Translations under genes and position numbers: made by a program | Notes under the pieces: model-generated | What the model was told of the DNA's origin: nothing | The model's database searches: none | Seen by the model: the letters and a program-made list of their open reading frames with translations, nothing else | Part shown: one piece after another, positions 8,222-18,571 of the stretch | Layout of the letters: every line of letters begins with the position of its first letter | Numbering within the stretch: position 1 is the first letter of the stretch | Virus record (IMG/VR): IMGVR_UViG_2839026242_000001 | Span: 32,001 to 96,000 of that record | Reading direction: 5' to 3' (one strand) | Origin: a virus | Lineage: Duplodnaviria > Caudoviricetes | Length of the DNA stretch: 64,000 nt

Positions 8222-11200
8222 TTATTTCAATCCTCTTTCTGACTTCCATTGCTCTAATATCTTCATTTGCTCCGTTCTGAATTGCCCTCCGCTTTTCGTC
8301 GCCAGTATCACAACATTACTTCCCTTCTCGATGATGTCTTGGTATTGAACCAGTTGGTTATTAAAGATTACTCCTTCAATAATGCCCTCTGATGGTGTCA
8401 GTAATTCAATGTAAGCATATGGCTTTCCATTCTTTTGTTTTTTTCGCTTTACAGATGTGATGGTTCCGACAACTACACATTTTTTATTATCTTCGTAATA
8501 TGAAAATGGCCTAAAGTGCTGCTTGACATCATCAAATGGGTTCCCATTAATAAAAATTGAAAGTGTCTCATACTCGTACATTTCTGGTGATCCCATGTAC
8601 TTCTCTTTAAACTCGTTTATATGCTTACATTGCCTTTCAGATAATTTATCTTCGAATTCTTTTAACTTATAGCTATTGTACTTAGTTAAGCATTTCTCTT
8701 TGTCCTTAAATTCTTCATCTGAATGAATAACTCCAAGTTCAAGCAGTTTTTGTTTATTGGGCAAAGTCTTTGATGGCTTAAACGTTCCTGTTGGCATATC
8801 CATCTTGGCATATTCCAATAACAACTCATCTTTATTGCTCCCAAATGCACCACTCTTGATTAACGCAATCACTGTTGACGAGTCTACTTTGCATCGCTCT
8901 ATAAAATCTTTGAGTCCAGTAAACTCGCCCTTAGTTCTTTCTTCAAGGATTGCAATAGTTGCACTTTCCCCTACACCTTTGATTGATTCAAATCCAAACA
9001 GGATGTCATTTCCAACCTTCGAGTAGTACCTGTCAGATTTATTAATATCAGGTGCAAGGACTTTTATCCCCATACGGTGACATTCATTAATATACTTGGA
9101 TGTTTGCTCATAATCGCCAATCTCTGATTTAAGCAATGCTGTCATAAATGCAACTGGGTGATAATACTTGAGCCAAGCTGTTACATAAGAAAGCAATCCA
9201 TATGCTGTACTATGACCAAGGTTAAATGAATACTCGGCTTGAGCAGCAATTAACTTCCACATCTCTTCAATTTGATCTTGAAGCCAGTTTCTCAACTCCA
9301 AACCGCTTTTAAACTTGCCAAATTGCTCTGCCATGACATCTGCTTTCTTTTTGCCAATAGCCCTACGAGCATTGTCCTGCTCATCTTCTGCGAATCCTGC
9401 AAGACCAAATACTTTTAGTGCTTGTTCTTGATACAACATAACCCCATATGTCCCTTGAAGAATAGGCTTAAGGTCATCGTGAATATATTTGATTAACTCT
9501 TGATTTAATTTGTTCCTTATGTAATCTTTGTCCATGCCAACAGATAATACCGCAGGTCGGTTCATTGCGTTTACTGCAAATATGTCGTAAATACTGTCGG
9601 CCTTCATTGCTTTAAACATTTCCTGTGCTACATATGCTTCCATTTGGAATACCCCTAACGTATTGCCCTTCTGATAAATCTCTTTATAAACATTCTCATC
9701 ATCAAGATTTAACTTGCTAAGGTTGATGTCGTCCCATGTTAACCCTGCCAGTTTAAGTGTGTCTTCTACAACATCAAGAGTATTTAGGCCAAGAAAGTCC
9801 ATCTTCACCAGTCCCAAATCTTCCATTGCATTGTACATATCCATTTGCATCATTAAATTACCGTTTTGGTTGTACATGACTGGTGAATAATCAGTAATCG
9901 GCGTAGGAGCAATAATAACTGCCGCAGCATGACATCCAACTGATTTGGGTAGGTTCTGTAGAAACTTCGTGTATTCAAATAACAATGGATACTCTTCAAC
10001 ATACCTTTGAAGTTCGGATGATGCTTCAAGAGCACGTTCAATGGTCATTTTTTTATTTGGATCATCGGGAATTAATTTTGCAATCTTATCACGAATTGAA
10101 TAAGGGATGTTATAAATTCCTTGTTCGTCGAAAATCTTCCCTAAATCACGAATGCATACTTTTGGAGATAAGGAGTTAAACGTAGCCACTTGTGCTACAT
10201 TCTCCACTCCAAATAGTTCAACAGCAATTTCTAAAGCTTCTTGTCTTCTCGCTTTACTTATGTCGATGTCATAATCGGCTGGCGAGCCTTTTCTTCCCTT
10301 ATTAGCAAATCGTGCAAAGTCTAGATTCCAGCGAATACTATCTACCTCTGTTACTCCCAATGTGTATAGGGTTAAACAGTTAGCACCAGATCCACGACTA
10401 TAGCCAAGAGGGATATTGCGCTCTCGAATTTTATCAATTAACTGCTTCAGCATGATAAAGTAGCTGCAATATCCCAAATAATCAAGTACCTCGAATTCAT
10501 TTAACAAACGATTTCTATACTGCCTTTTCTTTTCTGGTGGCAATTTATCAAATCCACGTTTCTTCCAACCTTCTTTGACTAGATGTTTTAAGTATTCTTG
10601 CTCATTCTGAAACCCTTTTGGAATCTTAATATGTGGCATTAAATTTTGATGCAATTTGATTTCTAAATTACACTGCTCTGCAATCTCATCAGTTGTTGCA
10701 ATTCCAATCTCTACAGCATCATAGCCAATTTGCTTATCCATCACTTGATGTATAGTTTCAATATCTGTTTGCCAGCAGCCTTCGTATGTCTCCCCAACTT
10801 CTCGATCCTGTCCAATCTGAATAAACTTTCGATGAATATCTTTCTGAAGTTCACTACCATCGCGCAGATGAGTATCAAAGGTAATAGTGTATTTTGTACT
10901 TGTGTCTTGAGCAAGTTTCAATAATCTCTTATTCGCTTCTGCTTGATCTTTGGTATCATGGCTTTGCAATTCAATATAAAAGTTGTCACCAAATACTTCT
11001 TTGTATTTATTAACCCATACTTTAGCTTCATCCCACTTTGGAGTAAAGTTTTCACAGGAATCACCACCGCAACATTTACACCATGATCGATAAAGCAATC
11101 TGGAGATGCGACCACCCAAACAAGCAGACATCGCAATAATATCTTTTGAATACTTTGCAATAGTCTTCAAATCTACTCTGGGCTTACCATAAAATCCTCG

Positions 11201-11524
11201 TGTGTTGCCCTCAGAGACAATTCGGAATAAATTTTTCAATCCTTCCTCAGATTTTGCGAGTAAAATCAAATGGTATCTGTCCGAATCCTTTTCTTTATAA
11301 TCCATATCTGTTGTTTCATATACTTCGCATCCGGCGATAAACTTAATACCTAGTTCTTTAGCTTTTTTATACCCACGAACATATGAGAACATGTTTCCAT
11401 GTTCTGTAATGGCAACAGCGTTAAAACCAAGATCATGAGCTTGTTGCACCAGTTCTTCTGGTGACATTACAGCATCTAATAGACTAAAGTATGTATGATT
11501 GTGTAAGCTAGAGAATTTACCCAA
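8222..11524 (-). CDS. dnaE: DNA polymerase III alpha subunit (phage DnaE, SPbeta YorL-like)
   Basis: PHP (LHNHTYFSLLD, TEHGN), SRGSGA, PADYDID, KMDFLGL, YSFNLGHS, C-terminal OB fold. Confidence 0.96.
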   Translation of the reverse strand: MGKFSSLHNHTYFSLLDAVMSPEELVQQAHDLGFNAVAITEHGNMFSYVRGYKKAKELGIKFIAGCEVYETTDMDYKEKDSDRYHLILLAKSEEGLKNLFRIVSEGNTRGFYGKPRVDLKTIAKYSKDIIAMSACLGGRISRLLYRSWCKCCGGDSCENFTPKWDEAKVWVNKYKEVFGDNFYIELQSHDTKDQAEANKRLLKLAQDTSTKYTITFDTHLRDGSELQKDIHRKFIQIGQDREVGETYEGCWQTDIETIHQVMDKQIGYDAVEIGIATTDEIAEQCNLEIKLHQNLMPHIKIPKGFQNEQEYLKHLVKEGWKKRGFDKLPPEKKRQYRNRLLNEFEVLDYLGYCSYFIMLKQLIDKIRERNIPLGYSRGSGANCLTLYTLGVTEVDSIRWNLDFARFANKGRKGSPADYDIDISKARRQEALEIAVELFGVENVAQVATFNSLSPKVCIRDLGKIFDEQGIYNIPYSIRDKIAKLIPDDPNKKMTIERALEASSELQRYVEEYPLLFEYTKFLQNLPKSVGCHAAAVIIAPTPITDYSPVMYNQNGNLMMQMDMYNAMEDLGLVKMDFLGLNTLDVVEDTLKLAGLTWDDINLSKLNLDDENVYKEIYQKGNTLGVFQMEAYVAQEMFKAMKADSIYDIFAVNAMNRPAVLSVGMDKDYIRNKLNQELIKYIHDDLKPILQGTYGVMLYQEQALKVFGLAGFAEDEQDNARRAIGKKKADVMAEQFGKFKSGLELRNWLQDQIEEMWKLIAAQAEYSFNLGHSTAYGLLSYVTAWLKYYHPVAFMTALLKSEIGDYEQTSKYINECHRMGIKVLAPDINKSDRYYSKVGNDILFGFESIKGVGESATIAILEERTKGEFTGLKDFIERCKVDSSTVIALIKSGAFGSNKDELLLEYAKMDMPTGTFKPSKTLPNKQKLLELGVIHSDEEFKDKEKCLTKYNSYKLKEFEDKLSERQCKHINEFKEKYMGSPEMYEYETLSIFINGNPFDDVKQHFRPFSYYEDNKKCVVVGTITSVKRKKQKNGKPYAYIELLTPSEGIIEGVIFNNQLVQYQDIIEKGSNVVILATKSGGQFRTEQMKILEQWKSERGLK

Positions 11525-11544
11525 ATAATCACCTCAAATAATTT

Positions 11545-12474
11545 TTATTTGTATTCTTTGTGTTTCTCAAATGTTTTGTTATGTGGACTCCATAAACTAT
11601 AATACTCGCACAATCCAGCCGTGTACCACGGGTTATCTTCGTTGTGTCCTGAAAACTCACACCACCAGCATAATGGTGATGCTTTTGGCTTCCATTCACC
11701 TGTGACTTTACACAGTTCTATTTCATCCAATACTTTATGCAACTTTTTAACTCCTCTATCTAGAAAACCACTTGTGCATGCATATTGTCTATCCCCTAAT
11801 AAAATTAAATCGTACATGTATTCTACTGGGACTTTTCCGAAAAGTGCTCTACATGCCAAAGCATATATGACCATTTGCAAGGGTGTCGCCAATTCTTTTT
11901 GATCAAACCTTTTATCTGATGATTTATAATCAACAACCGTTAATTCACCTTTTTTGTTTTGGTCAATTCGATCAATGAATCCCTCTAAAATAACTCGATC
12001 TTCAAATACAAATGAGAATGGAAATTCTACATGTATCGGCTGCCAATCATCATCATGGTCTTCTTCTAGATAATCAAAAAAGATACCCAATTTTTCTTCG
12101 TATGTTAGACCACTTTTATTGCCAGCTTCAAAAAAAGATTCTTCCCCATATATTCGTTTTAGCTGTGTAATGCCATTTAAAAATCTTCCCTTGTCTTTAT
12201 CTGTGTCTTCGGCAATCCCATATGTTATCACATCTTTTATGTATGTATAATTTTGTTTATTACCTTCAATGATGTTTCGATATTTAATTTCCAGACCCTT
12301 GTGCAGTATATTCCCCAACTCAAGATGTAATTTCGATTCTTCAGTATAATTGCCACTCACATACTTGAGAAAGTATTTCATTGGACATTGAATGAAAGTG
12401 TTTAATCTACTATAACTAAATTTATCTAATTCTGATCTTGTTAGCATACAACACCTCCCATTTATTTGGATCAT
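11545..12474 (-). CDS. PD-(D/E)XK nuclease, Cas4/AddB-like with four Cys (putative Fe-S)
   Basis: FSYSRL...QCP, GFIDRID...VVDYKS, QMVIYA, CWWC...C. Confidence 0.88.
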   Translation of the reverse strand: MIQINGRCCMLTRSELDKFSYSRLNTFIQCPMKYFLKYVSGNYTEESKLHLELGNILHKGLEIKYRNIIEGNKQNYTYIKDVITYGIAEDTDKDKGRFLNGITQLKRIYGEESFFEAGNKSGLTYEEKLGIFFDYLEEDHDDDWQPIHVEFPFSFVFEDRVILEGFIDRIDQNKKGELTVVDYKSSDKRFDQKELATPLQMVIYALACRALFGKVPVEYMYDLILLGDRQYACTSGFLDRGVKKLHKVLDEIELCKVTGEWKPKASPLCWWCEFSGHNEDNPWYTAGLCEYYSLWSPHNKTFEKHKEYK

Positions 12475-13459
12475 CCATCGGACTTTCTTTGGGATTCAAT
12501 ATCTTCCCGCCTTTGTCATACACGCAATACAGCTCTTGTTGAGGCAAGAATTTTGCAAACTCTCCTCTATAAAAATTTTTGTCAACCTTCCCCTCTTTAT
12601 CAAGTTCAGCCCCTTGGTCATAAGCAATGACAATTGGCACATTTAGATGCGTTAATTTTTGGACTTGTGTTTTACTCAAAATATGTCCAGATATAGCGAC
12701 TGCGTTTTTTACTCCCATGCTCCACAGTTGAAGCACTCCCTTTTCGGATTCGCATACAATCACTTCATTCTTCTCTTTAATGTATGGCATCGTTTTATGC
12801 AGCCCATAAAGGATTTTAGACTTTGAACATGGGTGAATATAAAAATACTTGCTTTCATGTTCTTCGATAACTTCTTTGTACAATCTTCCTTTAACGCCGA
12901 CGAGAGAATTCAGTTCATCATAAATGGGAATTGTGATCATATGGAATGCCAAATCATATCCCAAATGGAATTCCCATTGCGTTTCGTAACTAATACCGTC
13001 TTTATAGAAAAGTGGATTAGCGTATCGACCAAAGTAATTTAAGATACTCTCATCTATCGGTTCAAGTGGCTTGTCTTCATCCTCTTGTAATTCTGATGAT
13101 GACTTCCACATATCCCGTACCCATTTGGCTAGTTTTGACTGTTCCTGTTGATTGCCATAATAATCAAATCCACAAAGGTCACATAGCCATTTCACGCTTT
13201 CGCTGAAATATGTTCCTCTAACAAAAGTAACAAGGGAGATAATATCAGAAACTCCATATTGATCCCTGATATTCCTTGTATGAGCATCAACATACAAGTT
13301 ATTTTTATATATTACTGTGCTTCTCTTATTGTCCCCATCCGGCATCCCACATGTAAAATAATCACTATGTTCTTTTATACTGTGCATGCCCAACTCTTCA
13401 AGTACCGTTCTAATCTTTTCTTCGAGAATGATTCGTTCTTTTAATTCTTGTGTATCCAT
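12422..13459 (-). CDS. DNA primase (Toprim; SPbeta YorJ-like)
   Basis: ITIPIYDELNSLVGVKGR, LYGL, IVCESEKG, IAYD. Confidence 0.88.
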   Translation of the reverse strand: MDTQELKERIILEEKIRTVLEELGMHSIKEHSDYFTCGMPDGDNKRSTVIYKNNLYVDAHTRNIRDQYGVSDIISLVTFVRGTYFSESVKWLCDLCGFDYYGNQQEQSKLAKWVRDMWKSSSELQEDEDKPLEPIDESILNYFGRYANPLFYKDGISYETQWEFHLGYDLAFHMITIPIYDELNSLVGVKGRLYKEVIEEHESKYFYIHPCSKSKILYGLHKTMPYIKEKNEVIVCESEKGVLQLWSMGVKNAVAISGHILSKTQVQKLTHLNVPIVIAYDQGAELDKEGKVDKNFYRGEFAKFLPQQELYCVYDKGGKILNPKESPMDDPNKWEVLYANKIRIR

Positions 13460-13472
13460 GTGGCATATTCAC

Positions 13473-14909
13473 CTACGCCCTTTTCTTTTTCTCTCTTGGT
13501 TTCCGAATCAGATAGCCAACCTCCTTCCAAATGTTTCTGTCGAGATCAACTTCTGTTACCAAAACCATTCCTTTCCCACCCCCACGGTTTTTATCAATTT
13601 TTTGACCGTAGTAAGTCTTATTTATATCAAGAGGAATTTCTCCCCATTGGTTTTTAATCATGTAATTGTCGTATTTGGACTTATCAATACGCTTTTCGAG
13701 GATAAGATGATCTACAACGTGTTTAAGTTGCTTTGCATTTGCAATATTCATTGAAGTAAGGTCTTCTACATCGGTAAGAACTGTTTCATCTGTTAATTGG
13801 ATAGTGGCATATGCGCCGATATTCAGTTCATTTGCAAGATCCTTAAGCTTTGTTGTCGTTTGCTTTACCGTTTCCCAGTTATCAGTTTTATAGCCCTTAA
13901 GTGTGTCATAAAAAACATATTGAACACCAAGGCCAAGAACATGTTTTTTAATCTCGCGTTCGAGATCATCATCGGAATACTGGTTTAGTTCCAAAAAGTA
14001 AATTTTGTGATTCTCTTCGACCCAACTTCCGATTGTCTCACATATGTATTCAAATTCTTCTTCGCTTTTATAATTGCCAAGTACTATGTCGTATTCTCTT
14101 ATGTCATAGTTAAATCCAAACTCGGCATTATTACAAATCGTTGATGCTTGCATGGCGTACCATTCATCTTCATCCTGTTCATTAACCAAGACAAGAACAG
14201 GTATCCTTTTTAGCACCCCCAAATAATTAACAATTTTAGCCATGCGCCTTGACTTACCTTCATTACTTAACATTCCATCAACAACAAGTTTCTTTTTTCT
14301 AAATCCCCGAAATAACTCAGTCCAAATAGGAAAGGGAAACTCAACACCCATATCAGGTGCTTCACGCCATTTAGCTAATTTCTTTTTAAAATCCTTACCC
14401 AATAGCGATGCAGATTTGCCTCCACCAATCACAGTATTGATATTGTCAACGTTATAACGCATAAATCTGACAATATCCTCTGCTTTCATTTTGGGGAATG
14501 CTTTATGCTGCATTAACTTTTCAACTGGGAACCCCTTTCTGTGAAACTCTCGTAGAAGCGAATACTTTTTAATAGTGTCGAAGTAATTCTTAATGTCATC
14601 TGGGTCAGCCAGTTCAATCTGTTTCTCGATTGTTTTCCAGCCGCCAATTTTCCTGTACTGCTTGTTCCTGTCAGGATCTTGGTTCATAAAAATATTTACT
14701 TTCGTTTCACTTATTTCTTGGGAGAATGTTTTGTAATATAGTTCAAATGAATCGTAAAGAAACTTGGTATCTGGATCTTCAAAGTCATACTTTGATTTTA
14801 TGAGTTCTGCATAATCGACATATAAAATTGGCCTTGCATACAGACTGCCAACAAACAAAGCTTCACTCGTCAAGTCATACATGTCTTTTGGATTGCTAAT
14901 AGTAGCCAC
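13473..14909 (-). CDS. Replicative DnaB-like helicase (SPbeta YorI-like)
   Basis: Walker A-like SNEGKSR, VNEQ, YDTLK, TIQL, KIDKNRGG. Confidence 0.88.
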   Translation of the reverse strand: MATISNPKDMYDLTSEALFVGSLYARPILYVDYAELIKSKYDFEDPDTKFLYDSFELYYKTFSQEISETKVNIFMNQDPDRNKQYRKIGGWKTIEKQIELADPDDIKNYFDTIKKYSLLREFHRKGFPVEKLMQHKAFPKMKAEDIVRFMRYNVDNINTVIGGGKSASLLGKDFKKKLAKWREAPDMGVEFPFPIWTELFRGFRKKKLVVDGMLSNEGKSRRMAKIVNYLGVLKRIPVLVLVNEQDEDEWYAMQASTICNNAEFGFNYDIREYDIVLGNYKSEEEFEYICETIGSWVEENHKIYFLELNQYSDDDLEREIKKHVLGLGVQYVFYDTLKGYKTDNWETVKQTTTKLKDLANELNIGAYATIQLTDETVLTDVEDLTSMNIANAKQLKHVVDHLILEKRIDKSKYDNYMIKNQWGEIPLDINKTYYGQKIDKNRGGGKGMVLVTEVDLDRNIWKEVGYLIRKPREKKKRA

Positions 14910-14912
14910 CTC

Positions 14913-15569
14913 CTACAAGAGTAGTTCGTCCATGATGTCAGTTATACTAAAATTTTCATGCTTATTATCTTGATTATTTTTATGTATACGTTCAATTATC
15001 TTCCGATCTTCAATTCTTTGTTCAATTTCTTTGGTTTCAGAATCACTCATCATCTGCTTAGCTTTAAACCGTTTATATTCGCCTAGATTGCCAATTACTA
15101 CAGCCAAGTCATAATTCATGCGGTTGCTTACAGACATTTGTTTTTTTAATGCTAATTTATCAAGATAATTTGCCATATGCTGATAAATGTCTAATAGGGT
15201 GGCATAATCAACGGGTTCCTTAACTAACTTATGCTCCCCTGTTCTTACTGAATTAACTTTCATATAAAAGTAAGATGGTAAATCAGAATCATAATATTCC
15301 ATTAACCATTTAAAAAAACGATCTCTCTCGACTTTCTCTTGCATTTCTTGCTCCCTAGCAGCCAGTCGTTCAGAAACCATTCGTTCTACTTCTTCATTTG
15401 TCATACCCTTGCGAAGCTTTAAATGCAATCTATAACACTCTGTATGGTAATATTTTTTAGTAGATGGATCTCTAATGTAATCATCTACATCAGTATCGAT
15501 TGATTTTACTTGTTTTTGCCCCTTTTTGACTGTAGGGTCACAGTAATTACATTTTAACTTCATTTCCAC
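14913..15569 (-). CDS. Putative helicase loader / replication protein (YorH position)
   Basis: N-terminal CNYC...HTEC; lies between AAA ATPase and helicase. Confidence 0.6.
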   Translation of the reverse strand: MEMKLKCNYCDPTVKKGQKQVKSIDTDVDDYIRDPSTKKYYHTECYRLHLKLRKGMTNEEVERMVSERLAAREQEMQEKVERDRFFKWLMEYYDSDLPSYFYMKVNSVRTGEHKLVKEPVDYATLLDIYQHMANYLDKLALKKQMSVSNRMNYDLAVVIGNLGEYKRFKAKQMMSDSETKEIEQRIEDRKIIERIHKNNQDNKHENFSITDIMDELLL

Positions 15570-15622
15570 ACCTCTCTATGAAAGTAATAGGGGAGAAAAA
15601 ATTCCCCCCTATTCGGTTGTGT

Positions 15623-16768
15623 TTATTCGGTTACTACTTCATAGAACTTTTGCAACATACTAATGTCATCAATTTTGTTGTAATCCATTGGTAGTCCAGC
15701 CTTTTTGACTTTTGGAACTAGCGCCTTCTTCTTTGCATCTGACAGACTCTTGATACGCTTGTCAATTACTGCTCGATATTCATCCACTGTTTCAGGCAGC
15801 TTCTCCTCTTCTGCTTGTGTAGGCGATTCCTCTACCTTGCTAAAGCCTTTAGCAATTACATCTTCGTCCTTTTCAACGCTCGATTCGAGCGATTCCTTTA
15901 CAACAACTGACTTCTTTCCTCGATTGCTTTCAATTACTGACTGCCAGTACAAAGGAGTTGGATTTTCAATAATTTCATTTTGCTCAAAAACTCGTGTCCG
16001 ATCTTTTCTCATGATTTGAGCTTTGATCGTGCCATCCTCGTCTTCAAAGTTGCGGAGTACAGTATAGAATTCATATTCAGCACCCTCCCATGTGTCGGGC
16101 ACTTTTCCTACCTCCACCAATTCCATTTTGTCTCCAACTTTTTGCATTACTTTTTTAGTCTTTTCGCGTGAAGTCACTACAACATATTTATCAGTACCTG
16201 TAATCAGGCTACGCAAAAGATTTTTACCCTTCATTTTTATCTTGTCATGATCTTTAAACTCAAGTCCTGCCGTTGCTTCTGCAACAAATTGTTCAGTTGC
16301 ATTCTTTTCTTGTGCCTTGGCCTTGAGTCGTGCACGTTTTTCAGATACCCCAATTGCAGCAAATTTTACGTTATCACTAATAACTGTGATACCATCGACC
16401 ACAATTACATCTGCTCTGAACGGATTACCTTCTGCATCCAGTGCAAGTACTTCATTACCGTCCTCGTCTTCAATGTAGAGGTCTTCGTCATTCATGGCTT
16501 TTGTTGCCCACTCTTCAACCTCAGAGTACGAAGTTGTGTACACCAAGAGGATGTTATTCAAATCAATACCTTCATTTTCAAGATCCTCAAGGTAGTTATC
16601 AACACTACCTGTTTCGCAGTCTATGTATAAAACTCGCAATGGTTTGCCTTCTTCGGATTTCATTTTCGCCATTCCTAGTGCAAATGAAGACTTCCAAGTT
16701 CCTTGTTCCCCATAGACGAAAAATTTAAGACCCTTTTTAACTACGCTACCTCGTTTTGCTTTAGCCAA
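15623..16768 (-). CDS. AAA ATPase, Sak4-like ssDNA annealing protein (YorG-like)
   Basis: YGEQGTWKSS Walker A, YIDCE, VIVVDG Walker B, KDRT. Confidence 0.8.
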   Translation of the reverse strand: MAKAKRGSVVKKGLKFFVYGEQGTWKSSFALGMAKMKSEEGKPLRVLYIDCETGSVDNYLEDLENEGIDLNNILLVYTTSYSEVEEWATKAMNDEDLYIEDEDGNEVLALDAEGNPFRADVIVVDGITVISDNVKFAAIGVSEKRARLKAKAQEKNATEQFVAEATAGLEFKDHDKIKMKGKNLLRSLITGTDKYVVVTSREKTKKVMQKVGDKMELVEVGKVPDTWEGAEYEFYTVLRNFEDEDGTIKAQIMRKDRTRVFEQNEIIENPTPLYWQSVIESNRGKKSVVVKESLESSVEKDEDVIAKGFSKVEESPTQAEEEKLPETVDEYRAVIDKRIKSLSDAKKKALVPKVKKAGLPMDYNKIDDISMLQKFYEVVTE

Positions 16769-16803
16769 AATATTCCCTCCATATATTTATTATATTTATT
16801 TAA

Positions 16804-17841
16804 TTACCACGGCAAGTCGTCATCATCAGAGCTTGAAGAGTCATTCTCGCGTTTAGAACCCCAAGAACCGCCAGCACTATCGTTAGACTCACCAAATTCT
16901 TTATATACACGCAGAGCTTCTTCAATGATTTCTTCGCTGTATGTTTCCTTATCAATTGATTCTGGATCTGCACCAGTAATAACAAGTTCTCGAATATAAT
17001 TATTTTTCACTTGCTTGAAAGAGTCTTGTTGTCCCCATACAGACTTTGCTGCCTCTTGCACTTCTTCAGAATCAATCTTATTGTAAATATTGCCCCATAC
17101 ATCAATTGCCGTGTATGGCTTCAATTCTTTGCGGAAGATATTTGCCAAACTTGCATCACGAATGATAAATTCGGTATCCTCTACAGTTTTGAAGGTAACA
17201 ATCTTCGCTGATACTTCAAAACGTGGATCGTTTTTATCATCAATTTTTTGAATGCCCATATAAATAATGCGTTGTTTAAAGTCATTCAGCTCTTTAAAGT
17301 CTTCTGCATCAAAATCAACGCTGTCAGCCAAATAAAGTTGCTTTACATTAAATCGTTTTGTACGTTTGACTCCATCGTTTACTTTTTGCGACGAAAACTC
17401 AAGCTCGCCACGGACAAATACTCCCTGTCCATCTTCAAGACGATCATATACATGACCTGCTGCATCATATTCAACAAGCGTCTTAACAATGTTCTTGCCA
17501 TCATCATCTTTCTCAACACCAATTTTCAATCCAATTGGGTTGAAGCCTTCTGGTTGTGCATCAAAACGTTTTTTCCAAGGAACTTTGATTGTCTCACCCT
17601 TTTGCCTTTTAACTTCAGATTTTTTGCTAAAGTAAACTTCATCTCGCTCCATGCCCTGAATTGTTACATAAACTGTTGACTCCGGTGCAGTTTCTACTCC
17701 GAAATTTAAAATGCGCATATCTTTCTTGCTTTTTGTCTCAATCGATTTGAATGCATTGTCACGCTTCATTCCAGTAACAAGACCACGAAGCTTAAATTCA
17801 CCTTTTGTTTGAGGTAAGCCAAGACCTTTATTCTCTGCCAT
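16804..17841 (-). CDS. Putative single-stranded DNA-binding protein (YorF-like)
   Basis: OB-like content, acidic SSB-type tail DDDDLPW, first gene of the replication operon. Confidence 0.75.
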   Translation of the reverse strand: MAENKGLGLPQTKGEFKLRGLVTGMKRDNAFKSIETKSKKDMRILNFGVETAPESTVYVTIQGMERDEVYFSKKSEVKRQKGETIKVPWKKRFDAQPEGFNPIGLKIGVEKDDDGKNIVKTLVEYDAAGHVYDRLEDGQGVFVRGELEFSSQKVNDGVKRTKRFNVKQLYLADSVDFDAEDFKELNDFKQRIIYMGIQKIDDKNDPRFEVSAKIVTFKTVEDTEFIIRDASLANIFRKELKPYTAIDVWGNIYNKIDSEEVQEAAKSVWGQQDSFKQVKNNYIRELVITGADPESIDKETYSEEIIEEALRVYKEFGESNDSAGGSWGSKRENDSSSSDDDDLPW

Positions 17842-17958
17842 TATGTATATATCCTCCCTTTATTTTATACAAGTTATTTTTATTCTTATGTCTACTCATA
17901 ACTTGTACAGGGTGGTGATCTCATTGCTGTCATTTATTCACCTCGCTCTCACATTCTT

Positions 17959-18007
17959 ACTATAGCATGGTTATCTGTTGTTGTCTACAATAAATTTTTA
18001 GTTATTA
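17959..18007 (-). promoter_or_regulatory. SigA-type promoter of the replication operon with upstream TAATAACTAAAAA element
   Basis: TAGACA-N17-TATAGT with extended TG; motif at 17995-18007. Confidence 0.6.
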
Positions 18008-18043
18008 TTTTTTTTAAAATGAAACTTATATTGGAATTCATCC

Positions 18044-18505
18044 TTAAACATTAAACTCACCTCCATTAATCAGATTAGCTTTACAGCAGCGAGAACGGTA
18101 TTTATTGCTTTCATCAAGCCATTTATCATGAATTCCCTTATACAACGTAGAACCAGTCTGTTTTCCACAACTTCCACATAATACAATATAACGCTTTTTA
18201 CTTTTTGATCGTTGTCTCTTTGAGAATTTGGCTACATAAGATTTTAGTTCATTTAATTCTTCTCTGGCTTCTTTTCTCTCAAGTGGATCATCGCTAGTAA
18301 GTAATTCGTTTAAACGATGTCCTCCTTCATTAAAACAACTAATTATGTATTTGGCTTCCTCTACCGCAAATTCTTTTGTAATATCTTCATAAGATTCAAA
18401 TAATCCATCGGCAAGTGCATTTTCGAATACAGCGTACAATTCATTAGGTACGTTTGTTAACCATTCAGGTATTTGCTTTCTCATTTGAAACATCTCCTCG
18501 CCCAT
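18044..18505 (-). CDS. Hypothetical protein
   Basis: ORF. Confidence 0.65.
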   Translation of the reverse strand: MGEEMFQMRKQIPEWLTNVPNELYAVFENALADGLFESYEDITKEFAVEEAKYIISCFNEGGHRLNELLTSDDPLERKEAREELNELKSYVAKFSKRQRSKSKKRYIVLCGSCGKQTGSTLYKGIHDKWLDESNKYRSRCCKANLINGGEFNV

Positions 18506-18571
18506 ACTTAGTTACCTATATTTTATCAAGAGCGGAGAAGTTGGTCAATATATGTATTATTTATTTTTATT

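Noticed and set aside
11545..12474. Cas4 as part of a CRISPR-Cas system
   Set aside because: No cas1/cas2 or array; it sits inside the replication operon.
8222..14909. Inteins or introns in dnaE or the helicase
   Set aside because: Continuous ORFs of normal length with no splicing or LAGLIDADG motifs seen.
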